Shown: positions 41,401-49,865 of the stretch, piece by piece | How the letters are laid out: the number at the start of each line of letters is the position of its first letter | Position numbering within the stretch: position 1 is the first letter of the stretch | Assembly: GCA_963665295.1 (NCBI GenBank) | Contig: OY762209.1 | Span: 5,056,001 to 5,120,000 of the forward strand | Origin: Syntrophorhabdaceae bacterium | Lineage (GTDB): Bacteria > Desulfobacterota > Syntrophorhabdia > Syntrophorhabdales > Syntrophorhabdaceae | Length of the DNA: 64,000 nucleotides | Reading direction: 5' to 3' | Notes under the pieces: model-generated | The model's input: only the letters and a program-made list of their open reading frames with translations | What the model was told of the DNA's origin: nothing | The model's database searches: none | Translations under genes and position numbers: made by a program

Positions 41401-42909
41401 TCAGGGCGCCCGGCAGAGCCATTTTCTCCTCTCTTCTTCGTATTTCTCCTCTGCAATCGCCAATCGGGAAGGGTCCACAAGCCACCGCCAGGGAGCATCC
41501 ATATGCCACTGCCGGTGGACGTATTGCCCTATGCACTTGTCGTCAACAAACACTTTCATGGCTCCCCCCGGTACTTTGCCGAATAGAACGAATCTGAGCC
41601 TCAATCTGCCTTGCCCGAAAAAACGCAACATAGACTTGATGTGAAGATATCCGTCGAGCCTTCTCAAAACAATATTCCTGGTATTTCTCAATATTCTTGA
41701 GATGCGGGCATAGGCATAGACGCACATGCCCGCTAAGCCCCCGGCAACCGGGCGATGCCTCCCTTGCCCGTGCACGGCCGTGACACGGCCTTCCACCGCA
41801 CTCATGGGGACCGGGAAGGGGTCGTTTTCAGAGTTGTTGTCGCCGCGGGTCAGGAGACCGTCGGCGTGTACGGCCATGATCCGGTGGACCACCCTGATGC
41901 CCTTTACAGGATCGTGAAAACAGGCGACGTCGCCGCGGCGGGGATTCTTACCGTTGTAGGGTTCAACATCCAGAAAATCGGGCGCTTTCAACGTGGGATA
42001 CATGCTGTTTCCAGAGAGCGTCACACCCCAAGGCATGACCGGAACCCTCACGGAACTGCCGCCGGCAGATGGGTGCGCCACAGGGTATCCGCTCAGAAGG
42101 GGCTCTTTTTTTAACGACTCTTCGACCAGCTTCCAGAATTCTCCGGTCAGACCCAGATGAAGGATGTACGCATGCAGCGCCGCCGTCAGTGCACAGACGA
42201 TCGAGAATTGCCTCAAGCGGTTTTCCCGCACCTCGGGAAGGGATAATTGCCGGTCGAAAACACCGTTTACCTGTCCTACCGAGTCGATAAGCATGGCTGC
42301 AGCCTGGGTCGGATTGATTTCTTCTAAAGTATCTTCCGGGGAGCGACGGAGAAAGTAGAGAGCAGCGAGCGGTACGGCAGCGCCGGTATCCCAGGCGCCG
42401 CCCGGGCCGTCGTCATAAAAGCGGCTCCAAGTCGGCCAGGGATGTGCCAGATACTTTCCCTCCGGATCCCGTACGATAAGGACCGTATCGTCACAGAGCG
42501 AATGCCAGGGAAAAGGGAGCCTTAAAGATGCCGTGGTTTTTCCGGTACCTCCCGGCGCCGCAAAAAGAACCCCTTTCCCTTCGTACTCTGCGAGCGCGCC
42601 ATGCACAAGTACGCCGCCGTGGGTTTGGACTTCATGGGCAATGACCAGGCTAACCTTCATAGCCCTGGATACAAGGTCGAACCTATTTTGGGGTCGGGAG
42701 AAGCGGTAGACAATCATATCATCGTCTACGGAAAAGGCTTCCTCTTGCTCTTCCCGGGCGGTCATAACGCAAAGAGAACGACTCGCGACGCCGGTCTTGA
42801 GCATCATGGCGTTCGCCAGGAGTTCCACGACGGGCTCCATTTCCTTTGTTCCCGCGTGGATTTGTCTTCGGGAGCCGTCAGTCAGAGACAGCAGGTATGA
42901 TTTCCCCAT
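41401..42909 (-). CDS. scmC: SynChlorMet ScmC-like P-loop (HprK-like) protein fused to S24/S26 peptidase domain
   Basis: VHGAL, AAPGGTGKTT (Walker A), LCDD, AHPWPTWS; C-terminal SGNSMYPTL...VVHRI...TRGDNN signal-peptidase-like motifs. Confidence 0.8.
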   Translation of the reverse strand: MGKSYLLSLTDGSRRQIHAGTKEMEPVVELLANAMMLKTGVASRSLCVMTAREEQEEAFSVDDDMIVYRFSRPQNRFDLVSRAMKVSLVIAHEVQTHGGVLVHGALAEYEGKGVLFAAPGGTGKTTASLRLPFPWHSLCDDTVLIVRDPEGKYLAHPWPTWSRFYDDGPGGAWDTGAAVPLAALYFLRRSPEDTLEEINPTQAAAMLIDSVGQVNGVFDRQLSLPEVRENRLRQFSIVCALTAALHAYILHLGLTGEFWKLVEESLKKEPLLSGYPVAHPSAGGSSVRVPVMPWGVTLSGNSMYPTLKAPDFLDVEPYNGKNPRRGDVACFHDPVKGIRVVHRIMAVHADGLLTRGDNNSENDPFPVPMSAVEGRVTAVHGQGRHRPVAGGLAGMCVYAYARISRILRNTRNIVLRRLDGYLHIKSMLRFFGQGRLRLRFVLFGKVPGGAMKVFVDDKCIGQYVHRQWHMDAPWRWLVDPSRLAIAEEKYEEERRKWLCRAP

Positions 42910-42950
42910 GGTCTGTCAACCCTCTCATTCAACATTGCCGGAGAGGGTCT

Positions 42951-44144
42951 TCAACGGACCGTATCCGGCATGAGGCGTGTTGTCCCTTGCGTGCTCCGGC
43001 CTTTCCTGCGGCGACTTGCCGGGAAAAGCCCTTGCCTGTCGGCCTCCCGGCATCGCGTGCCCGCCCATACCATACCTCCCCCTTTCCGGTAGTTTGCGGC
43101 AACGCAGCCGGTGCGGCACACGCGCGAGAGGATGCAATCCCCGCATATTCCCGGATACCCGAGATAATCTTCAAGCTCCCGCCGGAGACTTTGCAGTTTC
43201 GGGTGATGGAACCATATCTCCCGCACGCTGTCGCCCAGACGTCCATAGACAAGGGAGGGGACCGTCTGCCCAATGCCGCACATAGCGATCTCGCCCGTGC
43301 CCAGGATACCCAGAATACCGATGACGCCGCAATCCCCCGTGCGGCCCCCGGTTTCCATGAGCGTCCTGAAAGACCGGACGGCCGGCGGCAAATTGAGGAT
43401 GAAACCCTTGATGGACGTCTTTTCCTTCAGTTCGCCATACACATATTTCTCAAGGGCCCGCAGTTCCGTGATGCCGAGGGTTTCCCTGCGCGCCGTCATC
43501 TGCTTGCCCCGCCCGCTGTCGGTGACAGGATTGAATTTTACCGAGGCCACGCCATGCTTTGCCGCCAGGGATGCAACGCCGTCTATTTGAGAAACGTTTC
43601 CTCTATGGAGGCTCATGATGACCTGCGTGTTGTCGTATCCCGCTTCTTTGAGGCAGTCAAGTCCGCTCAAGGCGGCGGCAAAAGCGCCTCGGGCGCCTCT
43701 GAAGGCGTCGTGCGCCTCCTCGTCGGGATCGTCGAGGCTCACGGAAATGGAGCCTACTTTTGTGTTGTTCTTGAGCCAGTGCGCCAGCTCCCGCGTCATC
43801 AGGGTGCCGTTGGTCTCCATGTTCATGGTGAGGCCCATGTCGGAGAGCCCCGCCGCAATCTCCTTGAAGCGTGGATGAAGAAGGGGCTCGCCGCCCGTGA
43901 GTTTTGCCCTTGTCAATCCCAGGTTTTTGGCCTCTTTCACCGCGGCAAAAAGCGGTTCCGGGTCGATGCATTCCCGCGGGTCGGGCCTGCCGTCGATAAA
44001 ACGCGGCGTGACCCAGCAGTGGCGGCACATGAGGTTGCAGCCGGAGGTGAGATAGAGGTAAAAGGAGCGGAGCGGCGGCACACCTTGCGGCAGCTCCGGG
44101 AAAGATGACGATTCAACGGGAATTTCCGGATCGCAAAGGGACAT
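42951..44144 (-). CDS. scmF: Radical SAM/SPASM peptide maturase, ScmF-like
   Basis: YLTSGCNLMCRHCW, TGGEP, SPASM cysteines CGV...MCGIG...CGDCILSRVCRTGCVA...C; start ATG 44144 after SD GAGGA. Confidence 0.85.
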   Translation of the reverse strand: MSLCDPEIPVESSSFPELPQGVPPLRSFYLYLTSGCNLMCRHCWVTPRFIDGRPDPRECIDPEPLFAAVKEAKNLGLTRAKLTGGEPLLHPRFKEIAAGLSDMGLTMNMETNGTLMTRELAHWLKNNTKVGSISVSLDDPDEEAHDAFRGARGAFAAALSGLDCLKEAGYDNTQVIMSLHRGNVSQIDGVASLAAKHGVASVKFNPVTDSGRGKQMTARRETLGITELRALEKYVYGELKEKTSIKGFILNLPPAVRSFRTLMETGGRTGDCGVIGILGILGTGEIAMCGIGQTVPSLVYGRLGDSVREIWFHHPKLQSLRRELEDYLGYPGICGDCILSRVCRTGCVAANYRKGGGMVWAGTRCREADRQGLFPASRRRKGRSTQGTTRLMPDTVR

Positions 44145-45258
44145 TCTTATCCTCTTTATATTTCTTGTAGCAGTTCCTTGGGTCAACGGCGTTTAACGTG
44201 CCGCATTGGGCGAAAACGACCGCCGGGCAGCCTCCTGTGCAAAATCCGGCATAGCTGCAGTCCCCGCATCCGGCGACCGTGGTGATCGGGGTTTCATAAC
44301 GTGTGCGCAGGATATTGATTTCCCGTCCTGAAAGCCACGCCTCGCGAAGCGGCGTAGAGCCGATCTTCCCCATGACCATAGTAGGCAGCATAGTGCAAGG
44401 GACGATAGCGCCGTCGTGGCGAATCGCCATCTTATTGAAAACTCCGCCACAGGCGGCAAGTTTTCCCCTGCCCGGCAGGCCGGTCTTGCCTTCGGCGAGG
44501 GCTCCTTCGATCTGAGCGACGTTTCTGGTGAAGGCCAGGGGTCCCGCTGCGGCTTTAATGCGTCCCGGGTAGCGCAGGGCAAGCTCTTCCATGGTTTTGA
44601 CGGCCACGTCCCACTCTTCGTTGGAGAGGATCACGTCCTGACCGGAGCAGCGGGCGGAGCCGAAGGGGTTGGCGCCGTCGGTGCTGAAGGATTTCAGCCC
44701 TGCGTCTTCGAGGAGCAGGACGGCGACGTTTTCCAGATCACGCACATTGTAGCGATTGACCGTGACCCGGACGGTAACAGGAAAATCATGTTTCTTGAGC
44801 AGGCGCAACCCGCGCAAAGCCCGCTCGAAGCTCGCAGGCGAACGAGTTGAGTCGTGGATCTCAGGCGTGGCTCCGTCGATGGATACCTGAATGGAATCGA
44901 GGCGCAGCCGGCGCTTGCCTTCACGGAAGGCGTCGATGACCTTGTCGTCGATGAGGGTGCCGTTGGAGAGAACGCTGTAGCGCATGCGGTTTTCGATCAC
45001 GCTGTCAACCAGTGTGAAAAAATCAGGACGAGTAAAGACCTCGCCGCCGCTTAAGGTGAGGCGCTCGACGCCTATTGCACCCGCCTCAACAAAAAACTCA
45101 CGCCACCGATCCGTAGGAAGATCGTCAAGGGCGGTCATTTCATCGGCGTAGAAGCAATAGCGGCACCGGAGGTTGCATTTACCCGTCAGACTGACCTGAA
45201 GGTTCGCGGGTGCGCCGCGTACACCGAAAGGATTGTTTTCACGTCTCCGAGGTTTCAT
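44113..45258 (-). CDS. scmE: Radical SAM/SPASM peptide maturase, ScmE-like
   Basis: LTGKCNLRCRYC, DLPTDRW, NRMRYSVLSNGTL, SPASM CGG...PCTML...CGDCSYAGFCTGGCPA...C. Confidence 0.85.
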   Translation of the reverse strand: MKPRRRENNPFGVRGAPANLQVSLTGKCNLRCRYCFYADEMTALDDLPTDRWREFFVEAGAIGVERLTLSGGEVFTRPDFFTLVDSVIENRMRYSVLSNGTLIDDKVIDAFREGKRRLRLDSIQVSIDGATPEIHDSTRSPASFERALRGLRLLKKHDFPVTVRVTVNRYNVRDLENVAVLLLEDAGLKSFSTDGANPFGSARCSGQDVILSNEEWDVAVKTMEELALRYPGRIKAAAGPLAFTRNVAQIEGALAEGKTGLPGRGKLAACGGVFNKMAIRHDGAIVPCTMLPTMVMGKIGSTPLREAWLSGREINILRTRYETPITTVAGCGDCSYAGFCTGGCPAVVFAQCGTLNAVDPRNCYKKYKEDKNVPLRSGNSR

Positions 45259-45514
45259 CGTGGACGATTACAAAATCGGGCAGCAGGGATTCAATAAACC
45301 TCTCGACATCCTCCTGCACATGCGTGGCGCCTTCGGTGTTTGCCGCCAGATATGCCGAGATTTCCGCGGAGGTCCGGGGCCGGGCGATTCTGTCCCATAT
45401 GAGCCGTCCCGTTTCGTTGATCAGCACCACTTCGTCCGTATCGGGGTTGAAAAGCAGCGCCCCTTCGTCCTCGTCCCTTAGAGACACTACAGGATTTACT
45501 GCGTAACGCTTCAT
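45239..45514 (-). CDS. PqqD-family RiPP recognition element (RRE) 2
   Basis: 91 aa: NPVVSLRDEDEGALLFNPDT..LINETGRLIWDRI...VQEDVERFIESL. Confidence 0.88.
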   Translation of the reverse strand: MKRYAVNPVVSLRDEDEGALLFNPDTDEVVLINETGRLIWDRIARPRTSAEISAYLAANTEGATHVQEDVERFIESLLPDFVIVHDETSET

Positions 45515-45807
45515 AGATTGACCTCATACCCGATTAATCCCGTATCCAGGAGAATATCCAGAATGGCCCGCACATCGTCCTCCAGCGTCGGTGGCGCATC
45601 AATAAAACATTTTGCCGTTTCCTCGATGATGTCCCCCACGGTGCGGACGCCGTTCACGAGCCGCCAGATCAAAAGTCCGGTTGAGTTGAGCGCAAGACCG
45701 GTCGGAACGTCCAGATTGACGATAACCGCCCAGCCGCCTGCGTCTTCCTGCAGGGCATACGCCGGATTGCCGACAGGCAGCGAATCTAAACCGATTTCCC
45801 CGATCAT
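45511..45807 (-). CDS. scmD: PqqD-family RiPP recognition element (RRE) 1, ScmD-like
   Basis: 98 aa: LNSTGLLIWRLVNGVRTVGDII...LEDDVRAILDILLDTGLIG. Confidence 0.85.
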   Translation of the reverse strand: MIGEIGLDSLPVGNPAYALQEDAGGWAVIVNLDVPTGLALNSTGLLIWRLVNGVRTVGDIIEETAKCFIDAPPTLEDDVRAILDILLDTGLIGYEVNL

Positions 45808-45963
45808 TCAGATTTCCATTCAATGTCGTTAAGTTCTATTTATAGCGTATAAATCACTAATTGGCAATCACAATAATATATTGGCGGAATAATTTGTTGA
45901 AGTTGCAATCGTAAATGTGGTATTCAAATGATAAATCACAGATCAAAAGGAGGTTCGGTCAAC

Positions 45964-46164
45964 ATGAAGAAAACATCCTCCCCCACATCGACACCGGTCA
46001 TGGACAGCCCGGAGACTAAAGCGGCCAAGCGGTACGTCCCACCCACTGCGCTTCGGTTCGAATACTCTGTGGCGCACGCAGCCTGCAGCTATGGATCCGA
46101 CGCCCCCACCGGGTGCAGTACCGGCGCCGTCGCCTTCGGCTGCACCAATGGGACCAACGAATAA
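45964..46164 (+). CDS. Candidate RiPP precursor peptide (66 aa; KRYVPP leader, three C-[S/T]-x-G repeats)
   Basis: Strong SD AAAGGAGGT; MKKTSSPTSTPVMDSPETKAAKRYVPPTALRFEYSVAHAACSYGSDAPTGCSTGAVAFGCTNGTNE; divergent from the RRE/rSAM operon. Confidence 0.78.
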   Translation: MKKTSSPTSTPVMDSPETKAAKRYVPPTALRFEYSVAHAACSYGSDAPTGCSTGAVAFGCTNGTNE

Positions 46165-46294
46165 GCAGATAAAGAATGGGGTTTCTTAAGATACCCTGAC
46201 TGCCCCTCTCGCTGCCCGTCCTTACAGCCCGAGGGACTCTCCTACTATCAGGACTATCAACTCCGTGCGGAAGGGCTCTTTGGCTGGGACCGTG

Positions 46295-46392
46295 TACGGT
46301 CAACAATACCCGGACGAAAGGCATGGTTGATCTTGTAATCGGCACCATTTCCATAGGCGGGTTGAACGCGGACCGGTTCCAGGTCGTGGAAG
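46295..46392 (+). repeat. 98-bp direct repeat, copy 2 (orphan fragment of phosphoesterase C-terminal domain)
   Basis: Encodes TVNNTRTKGMVDLVIGTISIGGLNADRFQVVE versus TVSNTRAKGIVDLAIGTISIGGLNADQFQVVE in paralog 2. Confidence 0.9.
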
Positions 46393-46532
46393 TGTCCGCC
46401 CGTACCCTGTCTCTTCCCGGCCTTTCCTCACTGTTAAAGGCGGATTCGCCTTGAAATCAACGAGTGCAGGTGGTAGTAAATAGACAAACCCCGGTCTGAC
46501 CCCGGGCATTGCGTGCTTTTCGCGGAGAAACA

Positions 46533-46997
46533 ATGCAGAACTCCACCGATAATGAAGAGTTGTTTTCCGTCATCAACGAGATGTTCAACGAGATCCCCTT
46601 CAACAGAGTGCTGGGCCTTAGAGTCGAATCACTGGGTCATGACCGGGTCGAGGCTTCATTCGAGATGCGGGATGACCTGCTCGGACACTATTCCCGTCGC
46701 ATGCTCCATGGAGGCGTCATTTCGGCTGTTATCGACGTTACGGGTGGCCTCGCGGCATTCATGGGTGTTGAAGAAAGGATGAGCGGTGAGAGCCTGGAAG
46801 CCAAACTCAAAAAGTTCGGTAAGGTAAGCACCCTTGATCTGCGCGTCGATTTCCTGCGCCCCGGTCTCGGCAACCGGTTTGTCGTAAGGGCCCACACCTT
46901 GAAGACGGGGAGCAAGGTTGCGGTTACAAGAATCGAGTTGAGAAACGATGAGGATGATCTCATTGCCGCGGGCACGGGATCATATATAGTGGCATAA
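46533..46997 (+). CDS. PaaI/hot-dog fold thioesterase (YigI-like)
   Basis: IPFNRVLG, LHGGVISAVID, STLDLRVDFLRPG, IAAGTGSY. Confidence 0.9.
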   Translation: MQNSTDNEELFSVINEMFNEIPFNRVLGLRVESLGHDRVEASFEMRDDLLGHYSRRMLHGGVISAVIDVTGGLAAFMGVEERMSGESLEAKLKKFGKVSTLDLRVDFLRPGLGNRFVVRAHTLKTGSKVAVTRIELRNDEDDLIAAGTGSYIVA

Positions 46998-47009
46998 AGG
47001 AGGCACACC

Positions 47010-47459
47010 ATGTTCGTCCCACCGAAGGTTATTCTCGTTCCCACGGATTTTTCCGGTTTTTCAGACAATGCGCTGCAGTACGCTTTGGATATCGCGGTCC
47101 AGCACGGGGCAACGGTTTATGTACTCAATGTGCGCGAAAGAAAGGTATATTCGGACCACACCGTTACCATGGAGCTTATAGAAAGTATGGAAAAACGAAG
47201 GATCGAGTCTGCACAGCATGAACTTCTCGAAGAACTGAACAAGTTTCCCCTGAGCAAGAACGTGCCTGTTTTGCCCATAGTGCGGATCGGTCTCGACTAT
47301 GAGGAAATACTCAACCTGGAGGACGAACTCGGGGTGAACCTGATCGTGATCGGGTCACACGGAAGGACAGGGGCAATGGCCCTTCTTATGGGAAGCGTGG
47401 CGGAAAAAGTGGCAAGAAACGCAAAGTGCCCCGTATTGGTGGTGAGGACAGCGGGCTGA
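47010..47459 (+). CDS. Universal stress protein
   Basis: ILVPTDFS, LIVIGSHGRTG, LMGSVAEKVARNAKCPVLVV. Confidence 0.95.
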   Translation: MFVPPKVILVPTDFSGFSDNALQYALDIAVQHGATVYVLNVRERKVYSDHTVTMELIESMEKRRIESAQHELLEELNKFPLSKNVPVLPIVRIGLDYEEILNLEDELGVNLIVIGSHGRTGAMALLMGSVAEKVARNAKCPVLVVRTAG

Positions 47460-47560
47460 CGCTTTCCGGCTCCCGGGTTGGAAATGCAATGACACAGGCA
47501 ATCGAATCCGTTGTCGGAATCACCGGTATCGGTTGCCGCAAAGATTGAGAGGGACAAGGA

Positions 47561-49360
47561 ATGAAGAACATTTTGCGGATTCTCGGAGTATTGCTCATTG
47601 GCGCGGTCTGTCTTTTTGCAACGGATTGCCTTGCCCAAGGTAAACCTCCATTGAAGGTTGCCCTCATATTCGACATAGGCGGGAGAGGGGACGGCGGGTT
47701 CAATGATTCCGCATACCATGGTCTTCAAAAAGCGGCCCGCGACTTCAACATAAAGACGGACCTTGTCGAACCCCGGAGAAGTCTGGACAGGGAACAGGCC
47801 TTAAACGCCCTTGCGGTTTCCGATGCGGACATGGTTATTGGAGTGGGGTTCGCCTTTACTGAAAACATGAATGCCCTTGCCGCCCGGTATCCCCAAAAGA
47901 AGTTCGTATGTGTCGATTACGGCGTCAAGCACGACCACAAAGGGGCCGTCATACCCCCTGCGGCAAACCTGGCAGGCCTGCTTTTCAAGGAAGAGGAAGG
48001 CTCTTACCTGGTAGGAGTCATGGCAGCCTTAAGGAGCGGGACAGGCAAGATCGGATTTATGGGCGGCATGGATTGCCCCATCATTCGTAAATTCGAAGCC
48101 GGCTACATGGCGGGCGCCAAGGCGGCGAGGCCCGATATCATCGTGCTGTCACGGTTTGCGGGGATTACGGGAAAGTCGTTCAACGACCCTGAAAAAGGAG
48201 AAGCCATGGCAACCGCCATGTACCGGGATGGGGCGGACGTTATCTTTCACGCCGCCGGACCTACTGGGGAGGGTCTCTTCAAGGCCGCAAAGAAGTTCAA
48301 CAGGTTCGCCATAGGCGTTGACAGCGACCAGTACATGCAGGCGCCCGGTCTAGTCCTCACGAGCATGACCAAGAATGTGGACGTGGCGGTTTTTGAAAGC
48401 ATCAAGTCCCTGGCGGACGGAAACTTCTCCGGGGGCCTCAAGGTTTTCGGCCTGAAAGAGAACGGCGTGGGATTTGTCTATGACGATCACAACAAGGGCC
48501 TCATCCCCCCGGACGCGTACAAAAAGGTCCTCGAGGCGCGGGAAAGGATTATAAAAGGAGAAACCGTCGTCCCCACCTCTACCCAAAACAAGCGGTTATT
48601 TGCAAGATCGGACCTGCGCGAACTCCTTTCCCGGTTGCAGAGCGAGACCCTTGCCGTACTGGCCGGACTGGAGGGGGATCTCACACGAAGCGCCCGGGCC
48701 CTCTCGGGAAAGACGCTCAAGGGCAACCACGCCCGGAAGGTGCTCAAGAAACTCTACGCCTCGAACCCTTATATCATCGATTGTGAAACAGTGAGCAACA
48801 AAGGGATCATGCTCGTGGTGGAGCCGTCCCGGTTCAGTTCATCCGAAGGAGCCGATATAAGCAAGCAGGCACACATGGTGACCCTTTTCCGGACAAAGAA
48901 ACCCGTGTTAAGCGGGGCCTTCCGTTCCGTTGAGGGCCCGGAGGCGGTGGCGTTCCATTATCCTGTCTTCTCTTCCCCGGGCAAGACATTTTCAGGGTCC
49001 GTGTCAACCCTTTTCGCTCCCGAATACCTTTTGTCCCGCATAATAGGCCCCGTCGCATCTCTCCAGCCCGTGGATATATCGCTCATGCAGACGGACGGCA
49101 GGATGATCTACGACATAGACACAAAACAGATAGGCTTGAATGCCTTCACCGACCCCCTGTATCAGCCGTTCCCCGAGGTCCTTGCCCTCGTCAAGAAGGT
49201 AGCCGCGGAAAAGGAAGGCACCGCCACCTACCGTTTCTACCGTCAGGGATCACAGACACCCGTAGTAAAAGAAGCCCACTGGAAGACCATAGCCTTCCAC
49301 GGTGCCGAGTGGAGGCTCATAGTAGCCTGTTCAAAGGATGACATGGAACCGGACAAATAG
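47561..49360 (+). CDS. BMP/PnrA-family periplasmic binding protein fused to a C-terminal Cache-like domain
   Basis: GGRGDGGFNDSA, FKEEEGSYLVG, FHAAG, AIGVDSDQ; extra ~250 aa with GADISKQAH, QTDGRMIYD..QIGLNAFTDPLY, WRL. Confidence 0.8.
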   Translation: MKNILRILGVLLIGAVCLFATDCLAQGKPPLKVALIFDIGGRGDGGFNDSAYHGLQKAARDFNIKTDLVEPRRSLDREQALNALAVSDADMVIGVGFAFTENMNALAARYPQKKFVCVDYGVKHDHKGAVIPPAANLAGLLFKEEEGSYLVGVMAALRSGTGKIGFMGGMDCPIIRKFEAGYMAGAKAARPDIIVLSRFAGITGKSFNDPEKGEAMATAMYRDGADVIFHAAGPTGEGLFKAAKKFNRFAIGVDSDQYMQAPGLVLTSMTKNVDVAVFESIKSLADGNFSGGLKVFGLKENGVGFVYDDHNKGLIPPDAYKKVLEARERIIKGETVVPTSTQNKRLFARSDLRELLSRLQSETLAVLAGLEGDLTRSARALSGKTLKGNHARKVLKKLYASNPYIIDCETVSNKGIMLVVEPSRFSSSEGADISKQAHMVTLFRTKKPVLSGAFRSVEGPEAVAFHYPVFSSPGKTFSGSVSTLFAPEYLLSRIIGPVASLQPVDISLMQTDGRMIYDIDTKQIGLNAFTDPLYQPFPEVLALVKKVAAEKEGTATYRFYRQGSQTPVVKEAHWKTIAFHGAEWRLIVACSKDDMEPDK

Positions 49361-49439
49361 GATAGGGGCCGGGGGGAGACAGGCGTCTCAAGGGCTTGTG
49401 GATGTCCCCGGCGCTACCCCCGTCAGGGGCCGACGGAGG

Positions 49440-49540
49440 GTTCTCCCCGGTTGCGTCTCCCGTTATTTTGCGTATTATCTGAGGAACAAGCCCTTCGCTG
49501 AAACCGGCCACAAAGGACCGGAACATCAGCTTGGCGAACT
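49440..49540 (-). pseudogene. Relic C-terminus of a membrane protein (AGFSERLV-type motif)
   Basis: Reads FAKLMFRSFVAGFSEGLVPQIIRK, one-base changes away from the recalled FAKLxxWSFxAGFSERLVP motif; no plausible 5' part. Confidence 0.5.
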
Positions 49541-49572
49541 CGCAACCGGATTGGGGGGGCCGAGCGCCGTAA

Positions 49573-49800
49573 TCACTTTTCAACCGTTTGCGAAATCAGT
49601 ACCTTCTCAAGATCCTTTATGGGTAGGGTGAACACGTTCCTGCCGAAGGGATACGCCTCTTCCCCTGGATAGAAGGCAAGGCCCGCCCTGCAACCAAGGC
49701 CCTCGAAGGCGTTCCGGAGCCCCTTCGTTATCGACGGACTCAAGGAATACTTCACCTCGACCGCGACAGAGTGCGAACAAGGCCGGAGTCCCGGACAAGG
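49573..49800 (-). pseudogene. Relic of AAA-ATPase/DUF4143 gene 3' end
   Basis: Out-of-frame joined pieces VRDSGLVRTL and AVEVKYSLSPSITKG...YPGEEAYP, typical of DUF4143 C-termini. Confidence 0.6.
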
Positions 49801-49865
49801 AGGTAGTGATGTAGTTTAAGATGTCCCTGATGGCTCTCCTGATCGTAAACAGATTCAGTCATCGA

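Noticed and set aside
42846..44108. 420-aa plus-strand ORF inside the RiPP cassette
   Set aside because: Antisense to the ScmF-like rSAM gene; no protein-like features.
46533..49360. Thioesterase, USP and BMP genes as part of the RiPP cluster
   Set aside because: They lie outside the 98-bp repeat, about 370 bp from the precursor, and nothing in the sequence links them functionally; cannot be excluded without synteny data.
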